Assembly: GCA_964016885.1 (NCBI GenBank)
Contig: OZ024757.1
Span: 41,912,001 to 41,976,000, forward strand
DNA length: 64,000 nt
Source of the DNA: Eledone cirrhosa
Lineage: Eukaryota
Direction: 5' to 3'
Position 1 is the first letter of the stretch; each line of letters opens with the position of its first letter. A program made the translations under genes and the position numbers. This document shows positions 1-16,808 of this stretch, one piece after another. The notes under the pieces are model-generated. The model was not told the origin of the DNA. It ran no database searches and was given only the letters and a program-made list of their open reading frames with translations.

Positions 1-425
1 TTTTTTTTTTTTAGTTTGAGGTTTATTTATTTATTTATCTAATTTGCAAAATTTGACTTTTTACATCATATGGTAATATTTTTGAAAAAAAAAAAAATTC
101 TGGTTCATAAAATAATTTTTTCTTTACGTTTGTCCATTAATCAATGCAAGCAAAGATAAAAAAAAAAAAGTTCCATATCATTTTTATCACACATAGCATT
201 GATTAAATTCTTCTGATTGCTGGCTACCATTTTAATTTGGTCTATATTACACAGCAGTCTGTTGGAGACATGTTTGTTATAACTAGGCAGGTTCAATTAT
301 TGCAGGCTAGCATGGAGTTTGTTTTCTCTTCTCTCTCACTCCTTGCTTTATAAACTCTACAATAACTACTACTGAAATAAGACTGGCTTCACAGCTGGAC
401 AAATATACTTGGGCTGGAATAGAGT

Positions 426-636
426 CAGACCTGTCAACTCTCTCCTGCCCCAACAGGGGAGATCTCTCACCCACTTTGAAGTGGGTGACAGATGTCTTCT
501 CTTGTGAAAATGGGTATAGTTTTCATTATGTAAAAATCTCCCCATTTTGCCTCATTTCTCCCCGTTTTGGGGCACTTTTTTTCATGGTACTCCCCGTTTC
601 AGTTCTTTGGGGTTGGCAGGTTTGTATATATATATA

Positions 637-706
<70 letters not shown>

Positions 707-739
707 GATGTGTGTGAATGTATGATATATACATATGTG

Positions 740-779
<40 letters not shown>

Positions 780-1019
780 CCTGTCGACTCTCCCCATCCA
801 ACAGGGAGATCTCCCATCCACTTCAGCATGGATGAGAGATGTCTTCTCTTGTGAAAATGGGTATAGCATTCATTATATAAAATCTCCCCATTTTGGTTTC
901 AGGGGTTGGCAGGTCCATGTATAGATGTGTGTGTATATATAATATATATATTTGTGGGTGTATACAGACTTGCCAATTTAAAATCTCCCTGTTTGGGTTT
1001 TCAGAGGTTGGCAGGTCTG
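426..1019. mobile_element. Three adjacent MITE copies (426-624, 776-917, 965-1019) with CAGACCTGCCAAC...GTTGGCAGGTCTG-type TIRs
   Basis: Imperfect TIRs on each copy. The 55-bp copy is flanked by TA on both sides. Copies 1 and 2 share internal sequence (gatgtcttctcttgtgaaaatgggtatag). A TA TSD suggests Tc1/mariner. Confidence 0.6.
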
Positions 1020-1189
1020 TAGAGTGGGGCAGGAGAGGATTGCTTTTGGATATTTTAATGTTATATAAAACAAATCCTGGTTTTACTTCAAGTGGGGGAA
1101 GGAATACAAAATATGACAACGAAATCAAGAACAAACAACCAAGTGTTGTTGTTCTTCTTCTTGTTGCTTATATGAATTTAGTGGCTTAA

Positions 1190-1610
1190 CCCTTTAGCAT
1201 TTACATTACTCTATATATACTATAGTATTTTACCTCACATAATATCTCACATAACATTTACATTACTCTATATATACTATAGTATTTTACCTCACATAAT
1301 ATCTCACATAACATTTACATTACTCTATATATACTAAAGTATTTTACCTCACATAATATCTCACATAACATTTACATTACTCTATATATACTATAGTATT
1401 TTACCTCACATAATATCTCACATAACATTTACATTACTCTATATATACTATAGTATTTTACCTCACATAATATCAAATCTATAAGATTTTGATATTATTT
1501 ACTTTGAGAGCAATACTTTTATATCAGTATGAGTGGCCAGTTACAGCCGGTTTATACAGAAAGAGGCGAGAGAATTCTGGCCAGTTGCAGCTGGTTTAAA
1601 TGCTAAAGGG
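1190..1610 (+). mobile_element. piggyBac-type MITE with internal 57-bp tandem array
   Basis: TTAA at 1186-1189 and 1611-1614; TIR CCCTTTAGCATTTA / TAAATGCTAAAGGG; 57-bp unit starts at 1201, 1258, 1315, 1372, 1429. Confidence 0.85.
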
Positions 1611-1894
1611 TTAAGTGTAATTTAGAGTGTGTTGGGTGGAGGAATGGATGAAATGAGAAATCCCTGTTGAACAGTGGAGCACTTTTTAAAATAAATATTG
1701 TTTAGATAGTCAAAAGTAAAAAAACGAATAATATAAAAACAATGATAATATCGTTAGAAACATAAATATGTATGGTTATACTTTGGTAAGGTCATGTTGC
1801 CAATAAAAACACATGCACCAGTTCAGCTTCACTTTAGTTTTATTATTACTTCTTAGACAGCTCTTTTGGCCAATAAATTAAACATTAGTTAAGA

Positions 1895-2101
1895 GTGGTG
1901 GAGTGGCAGTATTGGTAGAGTGTTGAATAACATGCTTTGTGGCATATAGTTACATTATGACTTCTAATCCCACCAACATTAGCTTTTCCTTTCATCCCTA
2001 CCAAGTCAAGATAAAATAAAGTACCTGTAATACAATGGAGTTGATATATATGACTTTACTTTTCCTTTAAAATTGCTGGCCTTGTGCCAAAAGTAGAAAC
2101 A
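1895..2101 (+). mobile_element. SINE family 1 copy (core ...tttcatcc...gataaaataaagtacc...ggccttgtgcc)
   Basis: The same core recurs at more than 10 places in the window. Confidence 0.65.
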
Positions 2102-2574
2102 ACCCATTTGTTGGTTACTTTAGTGGTTATTTAATTATTATATGAAATATGTCTAAATATGGCCATTGAATTAACCATACAGTTACTAAACTAAACAAGG
2201 AATGGATTAGTTAACTAATATCTAATGAAACTTAACTGATGCATGTGTTCCATTATTAATAATATGACTCTACCAAACTATAACAATATGTTTCAACACA
2301 GGATTGCGGAAGAAATACAAATGAAATATGTATCAAATCTTTTTCAAATTATGGACAGCAATAAAAATTGTAATGATAATGGCAATTTGTAAATGGAATT
2401 TAATGTATGTTTAGGATGTAAGAGAGATTTGAATAAAAAAAAAATTATGAATTATAGCTTTAAAAAACTTCTCCCCAAATTGAGATATTGGGCATGTGGT
2501 TAGAATGTCTCAGGAAAGAATGTGTAGCTTGGATATCAGAGAATCACTCCAGGTAGAGCCCCTACTTCTCTGAA

Positions 2575-2815
2575 TTGAGAGATCACAGCTCTGATACTAT
2601 GGGTATGTGGTTAGAATGTATGTGGTTGGAAAGAATCACTGGACAGATTTTACGGACAAAACCAACCAGCAAGAGATCCAGGGTTAGACTCCGAGCAAGA
2701 TGGTTGGATAACATCCATGAGCTTGGCTGGTCTTGCTTGGAGATCCAGCCAGATCATTTGGAGATAGTTGCTTCTGACAGGACCTGCTGGAGGGAGTGTT
2801 TGAGGACTCTGGAAT
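2575..2815 (+). mobile_element. RTE-clade LINE 3' fragment
   Basis: Translation KRSRVRLRARWLDNI...ASDRTCWR resembles the C-terminal GRP..RW.D / DR..WR region of RTE ORFs. Confidence 0.6.
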
Positions 2816-3340
2816 AAGTGGGTGAAGAAGCTTTAAAAAACTGTAGGAGCAAAGTAACTATGGTGGAACAAAAGTTACAAAAAACGTATAATGTTGTAGT
2901 TTATCAACATACAAGGTGACATTATTCATTATGAATAAAATATGAATTCACATCAACTCTAGCTATTTCTTAGCTACAATGTGATGGCTTCAGTGGTATA
3001 GATGAGGGTGAGGGGTACATCTGTCAACATAGGAGACAAGACAGGTAGAAAAGTAACCAGATAGTATTTTTTAAAGAGATATTTTTGGATGAAAATGTAT
3101 GTTAAACGTACTGCATGGGTTTAATAGGAGCACATGGGTGGATGTCAGAATATATATATATATACATATACATATGTATACATGTGGATATATATATATA
3201 TGCATACATATATATCCACATATATAATATATATAGATACATGTGGATATGTATGTATATATATATATATATGTGTATAACAATATCTGTTTCAACACAC
3301 ATTTTCAGATAAGAAATCTCGCAAAACAAATTCAAAAACG

Positions 3341-3393
<53 letters not shown>

Positions 3394-3439
3394 TGTATAT
3401 ATATATATATATAGATGTATATATATTTATATATATATA

Positions 3440-3516
3440 CAGGGTATCCCCAAAATGTATACACATTTCAACAGCAATATATTCAAAGCGACTATACCTT
3501 TTTGAGGGACACCCTG
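3440..3516 (+). mobile_element. Small Tc1/mariner-type MITE (second copy inverted at 61051-61125)
   Basis: TIR CAGGGTATCCC / GGGACACCCTG; sits in (TA)n; related internal sequence (ttcaacagcaa) at 61051-61125. Confidence 0.6.
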
Positions 3517-4707
3517 GATGTATGTATATATAGTTGTTTAAAGTGTTCAACAGCAATGGCAGTGAAATTAAATACTATCGTCGTTAGTAATGTTTGGCTG
3601 TGTTATCAGTTAATATGTAGATAATTGAAATTAGAAAATAGGAAAATAGCAACAATAACAATAACAAAAAAATGAAAATAAATTGAAAAATATCTCTTAA
3701 ACTATCAAATAAACTAAGACCAGCGTCCTCGTCTTGGTAATTGCGGTCGTATTTTAGTCGTTGTGTATCGGAGAATAATACAGCCAAGGCGTGATTATAA
3801 TAACCAAGCTGATTTTATTGAGACCTCGAAGATATGAAAAGCAGTTTAAACCTGACAAAATCTGAGATGGCGGTCGGCCATTGTAGAGGGAGATAACTAA
3901 GTATAAGAAAACATTCAATTGATGGTTCTACGTTAGAGTTACTTCCCGTTGCGAGTATCATCTTTTTCACGACATAGACATAATCTAGTGCTTTATTTCT
4001 GAGAGTTTCAGTGAGCTGCGGTAAGAAGGTAAAATATATAGTGTCCTTAGCAGAAATAAACAAAGAAAAATAAACATACTGTAGATTTTAACCCATCGTT
4101 TGTGAACTAGCACGCCTAACTGTTAGCCATTCGTGTATTTAGCTTCTCTCCCATCAGAAGAAGAACAGGGAGGAATATATTAATATCTATTGGATAGGAG
4201 CAAGGGTTGTAACAATAGAAAGATGTCAGGTTAGCATTGTTGAACTCTACACAACATTACACTAAACCAAGCCAGACGTTTGTGGATTTAGTATAAATAA
4301 TTTTATACGTACATACACAAGGATCGGTAGTTGTTTATCCTATGAAAACATGAAGCAAAGACAAAAAAATGTGCGAAAGTGTTTTGTTTTGTTTTGTTTT
4401 TTCGGGGGGGGGGGGTTACGAAGGTGTTGACGTCTTTGTATATTTATATACACATATAGGGTATTGAAATAGATTAGGGGTTCTGATACATTTAGTTTCT
4501 TCTGCTCAGCTTTGTGGGCTTTCATCCATGACCGTGGCTAGTTGTATTATATTGATGATGATGATGATGATTATTATTATTATTACATCAGGCTCAACAT
4601 AACCTGGCAGAGTGAAAAATCAGTGTAAAAAACTTGACTGTGGCACTTGTAGCATTTTATTTTCTGTTTGAAAAAAAGCAAAAGAAAAAAAAATTAAACA
4701 TTATCTT

Positions 4708-4722
4708 GTGTGTGTGTGTGTG

Positions 4723-4778
<56 letters not shown>

Positions 4779-4892
4779 CATATATATATATACATACATA
4801 TATATATATACATATATATATATATACATATATATATACATACATATATACATACATATATACATACATATATATATACATACATATATACA

Positions 4893-4926
<34 letters not shown>

Positions 4927-5247
4927 CATATACATACATATATATATATACATATATATATACATATGTATATACATATATATATATACATATATATATA
5001 CATACATATATACATATATATATACATACGTATATACATATATATATATACATATATATATACATACATATATACATATATATATACATACGTATATACA
5101 TACATATATATATACATATGTATATACATATATATATACATACATATATACATATATATATACATACGTATATACATACATATATACATACATATATACA
5201 TATATATATACATACATATATACATATATATATACATATATATATAC

Positions 5248-5298
<51 letters not shown>

Positions 5299-5937
5299 CA
5301 TACATATATATATATATACATACATATATATATATATATACATATATATATACATACACATATATATATACATACACATATATATATATATACATACACA
5401 TATATATACATACACATATATATATACATACATATATATATACATACACATATATATATACATACATATATATATACATACACATATATATATACACATA
5501 TATATATACACATACACATATATATACATACACATATATATACACATACACATATATATACACATACACATATATATACATACATGTATATATATACATA
5601 GATATATATATATATACATACATATATATATATACATAGATATATATATATATACATACATATATACATACATATATATATATACATATATATATATACA
5701 TACACACATATATATATATATACATACACATATATATATATACATACACACATATATATATACATACACATATATATATACATACACATATATATATATT
5801 ATATATACATACACATATATATATATTATATATACATACACACATATATATATATAGATACACACATATATATATATATATATATATACATATATATACA
5901 TACACACATATATATATATATATATATACATATACAT

Positions 5938-5984
<47 letters not shown>

Positions 5985-6061
5985 CATACACACATATATA
6001 TATATAGATACACACATATATATATACACATGTATACATATATATATATACACATGTATAC

Positions 6062-6110
<49 letters not shown>

Positions 6111-6121
6111 CACATGTATAC

Positions 6122-6190
<69 letters not shown>

Positions 6191-6297
6191 TATATATATA
6201 CATACACATATATATATATACATACATATATATATATATATATACATACACATATATATATATATATATACATACACATATATATATATATATACAT

Positions 6298-6338
<41 letters not shown>

Positions 6339-6379
6339 CACATATATATATATATATACATACACATATATATATATAT

Positions 6380-6422
<43 letters not shown>

Positions 6423-6597
6423 CACATATATATATATATACATATACATACACATATATATACATATACATACATATATATATATATACATACACATATA
6501 TATACATATACATACACACATATATATATATATACATACATATATATATATATATACATACACATATATATACATATACATATATATATATATACAC
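4708..6597. repeat. Compound (TA)n/(TACA)n microsatellite array
   Basis: About 1.9 kb of alternating purine-pyrimidine sequence. Confidence 0.95.
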
Positions 6598-6823
6598 ATT
6601 TCGTTTCTGAATTTGTTTAGCAAGATTCTTTATCTGAAATCGTGTGTTGAAACCGATATTGTTATACTTTGGGAGGGTCATGTTGCCAACATGGAACCAA
6701 CCAACCAACCAGAAATTTATAAATTTGTAAATTTATAAATATATATTAAATTAAATTGAAGTGAAAGCAACTGGTGCGTGTGTTTCTTATTGGCAACATG
6801 ACCCTCCCAAAGTATAACAATAT
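6598..6823. mobile_element. Penelope-like element end with inverted terminal duplication
   Basis: 6656-6689 is the reverse complement of 6790-6823. 6692-6823 matches 27491-27619 in reverse. Embedded in (TA)n. Confidence 0.6.
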
Positions 6824-7043
6824 ATATACACATATATATACATATACATATATATATATATACACATATATATACATATACATATATATATATATACACA
6901 TATATATACATATACATATATATCTATATATACATACACATATATATATATACATATACATCTATATATACATACATATATATATACATATACATATATA
7001 TATATATATACATACACACATATATACATATACATATATACAT

Positions 7044-7114
<71 letters not shown>

Positions 7115-7171
7115 CATACACAAATATATATATATACATACACAAATATATATATATATATATACATACAC

Positions 7172-7206
<35 letters not shown>

Positions 7207-7527
7207 CATACACACATATATATACATATACATACATATATATATATACATATACATACATATATATATACATACATGTACATACACACACATACATATA
7301 TATATACATACATATATATATACATACATATACATATACATACATATATATATATATACATACACATACATATATATATACATATACATACATATATATA
7401 TATACATATACATACATATATATATATACATATACATACATATATATATATACATATACATACATATATATATATACATATACATACATATATATATACA
7501 TATATATATATACATATATATATATAC

Positions 7528-7624
<97 letters not shown>

Positions 7625-7790
7625 TACACACACACATATATATATACATATATATATATATACATATATATATACACACACATATATATATATACATACA
7701 TATATATATATACATACACATATATATATATACATACACGTCTATATATATATACATACACATATATATATTTATACATACACATATATA

Positions 7791-7845
<55 letters not shown>

Positions 7846-7860
7846 ATCATATATATATAG
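6824..7860. repeat. Compound (TA)n/(TACA)n microsatellite array
   Basis: Direct inspection. Confidence 0.95.
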
Positions 7861-8017
7861 TACCAAAATATACATCTATTGTAAAATAAATTCAGGAAAT
7901 ACAAAAATATATACATATATGTGTCATCATATATATATATATATATATATCACCAACCAATAAACGTAACGAAGGGGTATCCAATCGTCCTTGTTATCTT
8001 ATTTAACTATATATATA

Positions 8018-8178
8018 GGTGTCAAGACACCAGAGTCTGGAACTAGCTGTTGAAATGGCAAGAGCTCAGCAATCGGGGTCCCGACTCTTCCATATAACCA
8101 TACTCTACTACCAACAAGTATTGAGTACTCTGGTCAGTAATGGTTCTAACCAGTTTCTTACTGAATCCATCTTGATTT
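8018..8178 (+). mobile_element. Half-hammerhead family copy 1 (Penelope-like)
   Basis: Shares ctctactac..aagtattgagtactctggt with copies at 21171, 24955, 27103, 49157 and 57631; flanked by (TA)n. Confidence 0.65.
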
Positions 8179-8185
8179 ATATCTA

Positions 8186-8229
<44 letters not shown>

Positions 8230-8599
8230 GATAAATATATATATATCCACATATATAGATATACATATGTTTAATTTTCTTAATAGTAAGAAGCATTCTA
8301 CAAAAATATTGATCAGACAAAAGGCTACACCGAGAGAAGAAGAATTTCCACAAGCAGCAACAATCTCAAAGACCAATTTATCAAATATGAGACAATTCCT
8401 TTCCAGAATTATTCTTCACAGAATCACAATTGATAGATCACCAGATTTATTGATTTATCTATAAAAAAAAAATTATTAAATCTAAGTAGAAAATTTAAAA
8501 AAAATGAAAAACCCTCTAAACTGATTAAATTTATACAATTTGATTCATAAAATCTTCCAAGCCTTTTCATCTATTTACATTTTGTTATATCCAAATACA

Positions 8600-10965
<2,366 letters not shown>

Positions 10966-11272
10966 CTACAGACTATTGATGAGGAGTTTACAAATCCAGT
11001 ATCCAAGATACACCTTTCAGCTTCATACCCATCATTATTGGAGCTAGAGGTTATATACCAACCTGCTTGGACCAAAGTATGACTGAACTTGGATTTGTGG
11101 ACAAAGAGTGCAGCTCCCTAATTCATAGACTACAAATGGCTGCAATAGCTGGCACCTTCAAAATTTGCAAAACATTCTTGCAATTCAAGGGATGACAATT
11201 TCTTTTCTATTACAACCTTGCCACCAGGAAGGTGGCCGGTCAAAAATGTACTCAAAATTAAGAGAAAGAGAA
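10966..11272 (+). mobile_element. 3' fragment of a restriction-like-endonuclease LINE (R4/Dong-like)
   Basis: Frameshifted translation [34 protein letters not shown]...[11 protein letters not shown], then a short 3' UTR running into (ACAT)n; near-identical copy at 48088-48352. Confidence 0.65.
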
Positions 11273-11330
11273 ACATACATACATATATATATATACTTAC
11301 TTATATATATATATAAATATATATACATAC

Positions 11331-11377
<47 letters not shown>

Positions 11378-11571
11378 CATATACATACATATATATATAT
11401 ATACATACATATACATACATATATATATATATATACATACATACACATACATATATATATATATATACATACATACACATACATATATATATATATATAC
11501 ATACATATACATACATATATATATACATACATATACATACATATATATATATACATACATATACATACATA

Positions 11572-11605
<34 letters not shown>

Positions 11606-12242
11606 CATACATATATATACATACATATACATACATATATATATATACATACTTATATATATATATATAAATATATATACATACATATACATATATAAAT
11701 ATATATACATACATATAAATATATATACATACATATACATATAAATATATATACATACATATACATATAAATATATATACATACATATACATATATATAC
11801 ATATATATGTAAATATATATACATACATATACATATATATATAAATATATATACATACATATACATATATATATAAATATATATACATATATACACATAT
11901 ATATATAAATACATATACATATAAATATATATACATATACATATATATATAAATATATATACATATACATATATATATAAATATATATACATATACATAT
12001 ATATATAAATATATATACATATACATATATATATAAATATATATACATATACATATATATATAAATATATATACATATACATATATATATATATATATAC
12101 ATATATAAATATATATACATACATATACATATAAATATATATACATACATATACATATATATATAAATATATATACATACATATACATATATATATAAAT
12201 ATATATATACATACATATACATATATATATATATACATATAC

Positions 12243-12293
<51 letters not shown>

Positions 12294-12706
12294 CATATAA
12301 ATATATATACATACATATATATATATATATATATGAAATTTTGTTTCATTTTTTCCGTTTATATATATATATATATATAGATATATATATAAATATATAT
12401 ACATACATATACATATACATACATATACATATATATAAATATATATACATACATATACATACATATATATACATACATATACATAAATATATATGCATAC
12501 ATATACATATATATAAATATATATACATACATATACATATATATATACATTCATATACATATATATATATACATACATATACATATATATACATACATAC
12601 ATATATATATACATACATACATATATATATACATATATATAAATATATATATACATACATATACATATATATAAATATATATATACATACATATACATAT
12701 ATATAA

Positions 12707-12741
<35 letters not shown>

Positions 12742-13522
12742 AATATATATACATATATATATAAATATATATATATATAAATATATATACATATATATAT
12801 AAATATATATATATACATACATATATATTTATATAAATATATATACATACATATATATATATAAATATATATACATACATATATATATATATAAATATAT
12901 ATACATACATATATATATATATAAATATATATACATACATATATATATATATAAATATATATACATACATATATATATATATAAATATATATACATACAT
13001 ATATATATATAAATATATATACATACATATATATATATAAATATATATACATATATATATATACATAAATATATATACATATATATATATACATACATAT
13101 ATATATATACATATACATATTTATATATACATACATATACATATTTATATATACATACATATACATACATACATATATATATATATACATACATATATAT
13201 ATATACATATACATATTTATATATACATACATATACATATTTATATATACATACATATACATACATACATATATATATATACATACATATACATACATAT
13301 ATATATATACATACATATATATATATACATATACATATTTATATATACATACATATACATATTTATATATACATACATATACATACATACATATATATAT
13401 ATACATACATATACATACATATATATATATATATACATACATATACATACATACATATACATACATACATATACATACATACATATACATACATATACAT
13501 ACATATACCTATATATATATAT
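11273..13522. repeat. Compound (TA)n/(TACA)n/(TAAA) microsatellite array
   Basis: About 2.2 kb with local higher-order units. Confidence 0.95.
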
Positions 13523-13990
13523 ATTGTTATACTTGGGGAGGGTCATATTTGTGTAATATTGCCAGAATTAATAACAGAACACACTCACTGTTTGGTTGGT
13601 TTTCGCTTCTGTGTCTTTTATATCGGTAATCTAACTTATTCGGTCCTCAATGTTGCCATTGACTGACCAACAGTCAAAAATAATACAGATACAATATAGA
13701 CACAAACACATATATATAGTTTATCAAAGTTCTTTCGTTGCACATCTGCAACATCGTCAGTGGTGCTATTCTTTCCTCCCGTTACATTGTATGTCTACGC
13801 CATTTTTATTTAGTCTGTCTATATATTTATTTATTTATTTGTTTGTTTATTTTATTTTGTCTTCTTTGCGCATGCGTTTGCGTGTGTGTATAGTGTTTTG
13901 TTTGATGTGTGTTCGTGATTGGGTGACTGTGTATCGGTTAATGTATTCTATCTTCTCTAGTGTGTGTTTATATGTTTGTTGTTATTGTGC
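13523..13990 (-). mobile_element. Penelope-like pLTR fragment containing a hammerhead motif
   Basis: Terminus tattgttatacttggggagggtcat shared with 27491 and 6656; colinear similarity to 27491-28050. Confidence 0.6.
13722..13765 (-). ncRNA. Minimal type-I hammerhead ribozyme motif (slightly degenerate stem I)
   Basis: Minus strand: cacca CTGACGA t gttgca-gatg-tgcaac GAAA g-aa-c T T tgata; perfect 6-bp stem II. Confidence 0.65.
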
Positions 13991-14117
13991 TTGTGTATGT
14001 ATTTATTTATTTATTTATCTATATACATACATATACAGTCCCACCCTTGCAAGCAGGGAAAAGTGGATGTAAAATGAAAATGAAAATGAATACATACATA
14101 TACATACATACATACAT

Positions 14118-14148
<31 letters not shown>

Positions 14149-14485
14149 TACATACATGATGGCTGCCCCCTCGTTATCGAGTATGGCCATTGCACGAGGA
14201 GAAAAAAAAATAATAATAAATAAATAAATAAATAAAAAAGAAAATAAAAATTTTAAAAAAAATATATATATATATATATACATAGACACATACATACACA
14301 TATACACGCACATACACATATACACACACACATATACACACACACATACATTAATAACAATAATAATAATAATAATAACAACAACAACGACAACAACAAT
14401 AATAATATACATATATATATACACATACGTGCACACACACACACACACATACATACATACATACATACATACATACATACATACA

Positions 14486-14521
<36 letters not shown>

Positions 14522-15139
14522 TATATATACATACCTCTCTATTTGAAACTGTTATAGTTATGACAACAAATCTGTTTGAAATTTTCACAATATGGCTAAT
14601 ATATAGTTGTCTGTATGTTACACAATCTTCACAGGAACACAGGTGTTGGTTTCTTTTCAAAACAACTGACATTTTTTTTAAAGAATTCCAATCATATTGT
14701 GTATTATTATGTTGAAATGTTTCCAGTTAAAAGACAGACATTTTAACATTTTTACCATAACTTTTCAGGCTCATCTTTAGATATGAAATTATTTTAAATT
14801 TAAACAACATATTAATCTGTTTGATCGTCTATCAAAATATGATAATAATTCAAATATTGAAAATATATCTTGGGGGGGGGGGGGGGGGGGGGGTTATCTC
14901 TGACATTGAGGTTAACATTTTTTTCTTATTAACAAACTATCACAGATATTCAGAAATCTATTTAAAAAATAATAATAATAATAGACAAAGGACAAATGAT
15001 TAAAAATGTCTAAAAGACAGACTTGGAAATATATTCACCTCTGAACAGTTTTCTGCTCACCAGAAGGAAGTGTTCACTACAAATTCAGGTTTTTTAAAAA
15101 GAAATTCAGTTTACTGTACAATTTTTCTGTTATTATTAT

Positions 15140-15580
15140 TTGACGGGGTTGATAAAATAAAGTACCAGTAATACACTGAGTAACTGCTGCCCTTGTGCCA
15201 AAAGTAGAAACAATTATTATTATTTCCCACTGGGGTTATTAAAATAATTGTTTCTACTATTGCCACAAGGCCAGCAATTATCCCAGTACATTACTGGTAC
15301 TTTATTTTATCGATCCCGTAAGGATGAAAGGCAAAGTAAACCTCGGCGGGAATTGAACTCAGATAGTAAAGGGACGTAACTATGCTGGAAAGCATATCCT
15401 ACCCTCTACCGATACTGCCAATTCAATAATTGTTTCTACTTTAGGCACAAGGCCAGCAATTACCCAGTGCATTACTGGTACTTTATTTTATCGACCCCGT
15501 AAATTCAATAATGTACCAGTAAAGTACTAGGAGTTGATTTAATCAACTTTCTACTCCTTCCAAAATTATTGGCCTTGTGC
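15140..15580. mobile_element. Cluster of SINE family 1 fragments in both orientations
   Basis: Fragments at ~15140-15212 (+), 15243-15422 (-), 15426-15502 (-), 15513-15580 (+). Confidence 0.65.
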
Positions 15581-15581
15581 T

Positions 15582-15714
15582 TTAGGGTTAGTGTTGGGTT
15601 AGGTTAGGGTTAGTGTTGGGTTAGGTTAGGGTTAGTGTTGGTTAGGTTAGGGTTAGTGTTGGGTTAGGTTAGGGTTAGTGTTGGTTAGGGTTAGGCTTGG
15701 GGTTAGGGTTAGTG
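15582..15714 (+). repeat. Interstitial telomere-like array, ~22-bp unit TTAGGG TTAGTG TTGGG TTAGG
   Basis: Repeated TTAGGG and variants. Confidence 0.8.
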
Positions 15715-16549
15715 TTTGTAAATCCTAACTGATGTCTGTGGATATATTCTTTCTTTATTAAGACTGGGCAGCTAGAAATAATGTGGCTTATTATTATTAT
15801 TATTTTGCATGTTATTACTGCATTACTGAGCACAGCTCTGTGCAGTGTGGTCTTTGGTGGTGTTTGTTCTATTGTATTGACAGTACTCTTCATAATATCT
15901 GTGCAGTACCTAGTAGTACTATATTTTGTATGTTGTATATATATTTGTATGTCCTTATTATAGAGCAAGATGAAAAGATATTACTATTATCTTTCAGAGT
16001 AAAGGTTTGATTGAATTTTGTATTTTAGACAAATGCAGGTGAAAAAAAATCACAATTTACCAAAATAATATGAAAAGATATTAAGATCAAATTTGCCAAA
16101 ATAAAATAAAAAATGCTTAAAATTTTTCAAATATAAATTGGGAATTAAAGTAAATATATTCTTCACTAAATTATTGCTTGGTTTTGGTTAAATAGCTTAA
16201 ATTAGAAATTATTTATATAATTTTAAATATTTATATATTTTTTTTTTAATTAAAAATTTTCTGAGTGGATGAAAAATATATTTGAAATTCTAAATAATTT
16301 GATAAGCTGCTTTTAGGTGGAAAATAGACATTAAATGATGATGATGGTGATGATGATGATAATGATGACAATAATGATGACGATGATGATGATGATGGTT
16401 TCAATATATAATTTAATGCAATAAAAAACATTTGATAATTTCAATTATGATTTGAAAGTAAGCAACAGTTTTCTGAAGGCACTTATGATATACTAAGTAT
16501 GTGTAGGGGTGGGGACCTCCTGTGAGGGACCGTCCTGTGAGGGTTCCAG

Positions 16550-16808
16550 CTGTTTGGTCAATGTGAAATTAATGTGCAAGTGGCTGAGTACTCCACAAAC
16601 ATTTGTACCTTTAAAGTAATTTTCAAGAAGTTCAGCATCACAAGGCTGACCCTCTGTAATTACAGGTACAGCTCATTTTTTTTTTCCAGCTGAGTGGACT
16701 GGAAACAATGTGAAATAAAGTGTCTTGCTCAAAGATACAACATACTTCTAGGATTAGGACTCATGATCATCATCAACCAAACACTAACCACTAAGCCATG
16801 TACTTCCA
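16550..16808 (-). mobile_element. tRNA-derived SINE family 2 copy
   Basis: Similar to 19660-19928 and 39833-40095 (tgtgaaataaagtgtcttgctcaa). Confidence 0.6.

Noticed and set aside
8267-8480. 65-aa plus ORF and a minus-strand acceptor-like site (ttttttttatag at ~8460)
   Set aside because: No recognisable protein; all minus frames close quickly. It could be a UTR exon but is unsupported.
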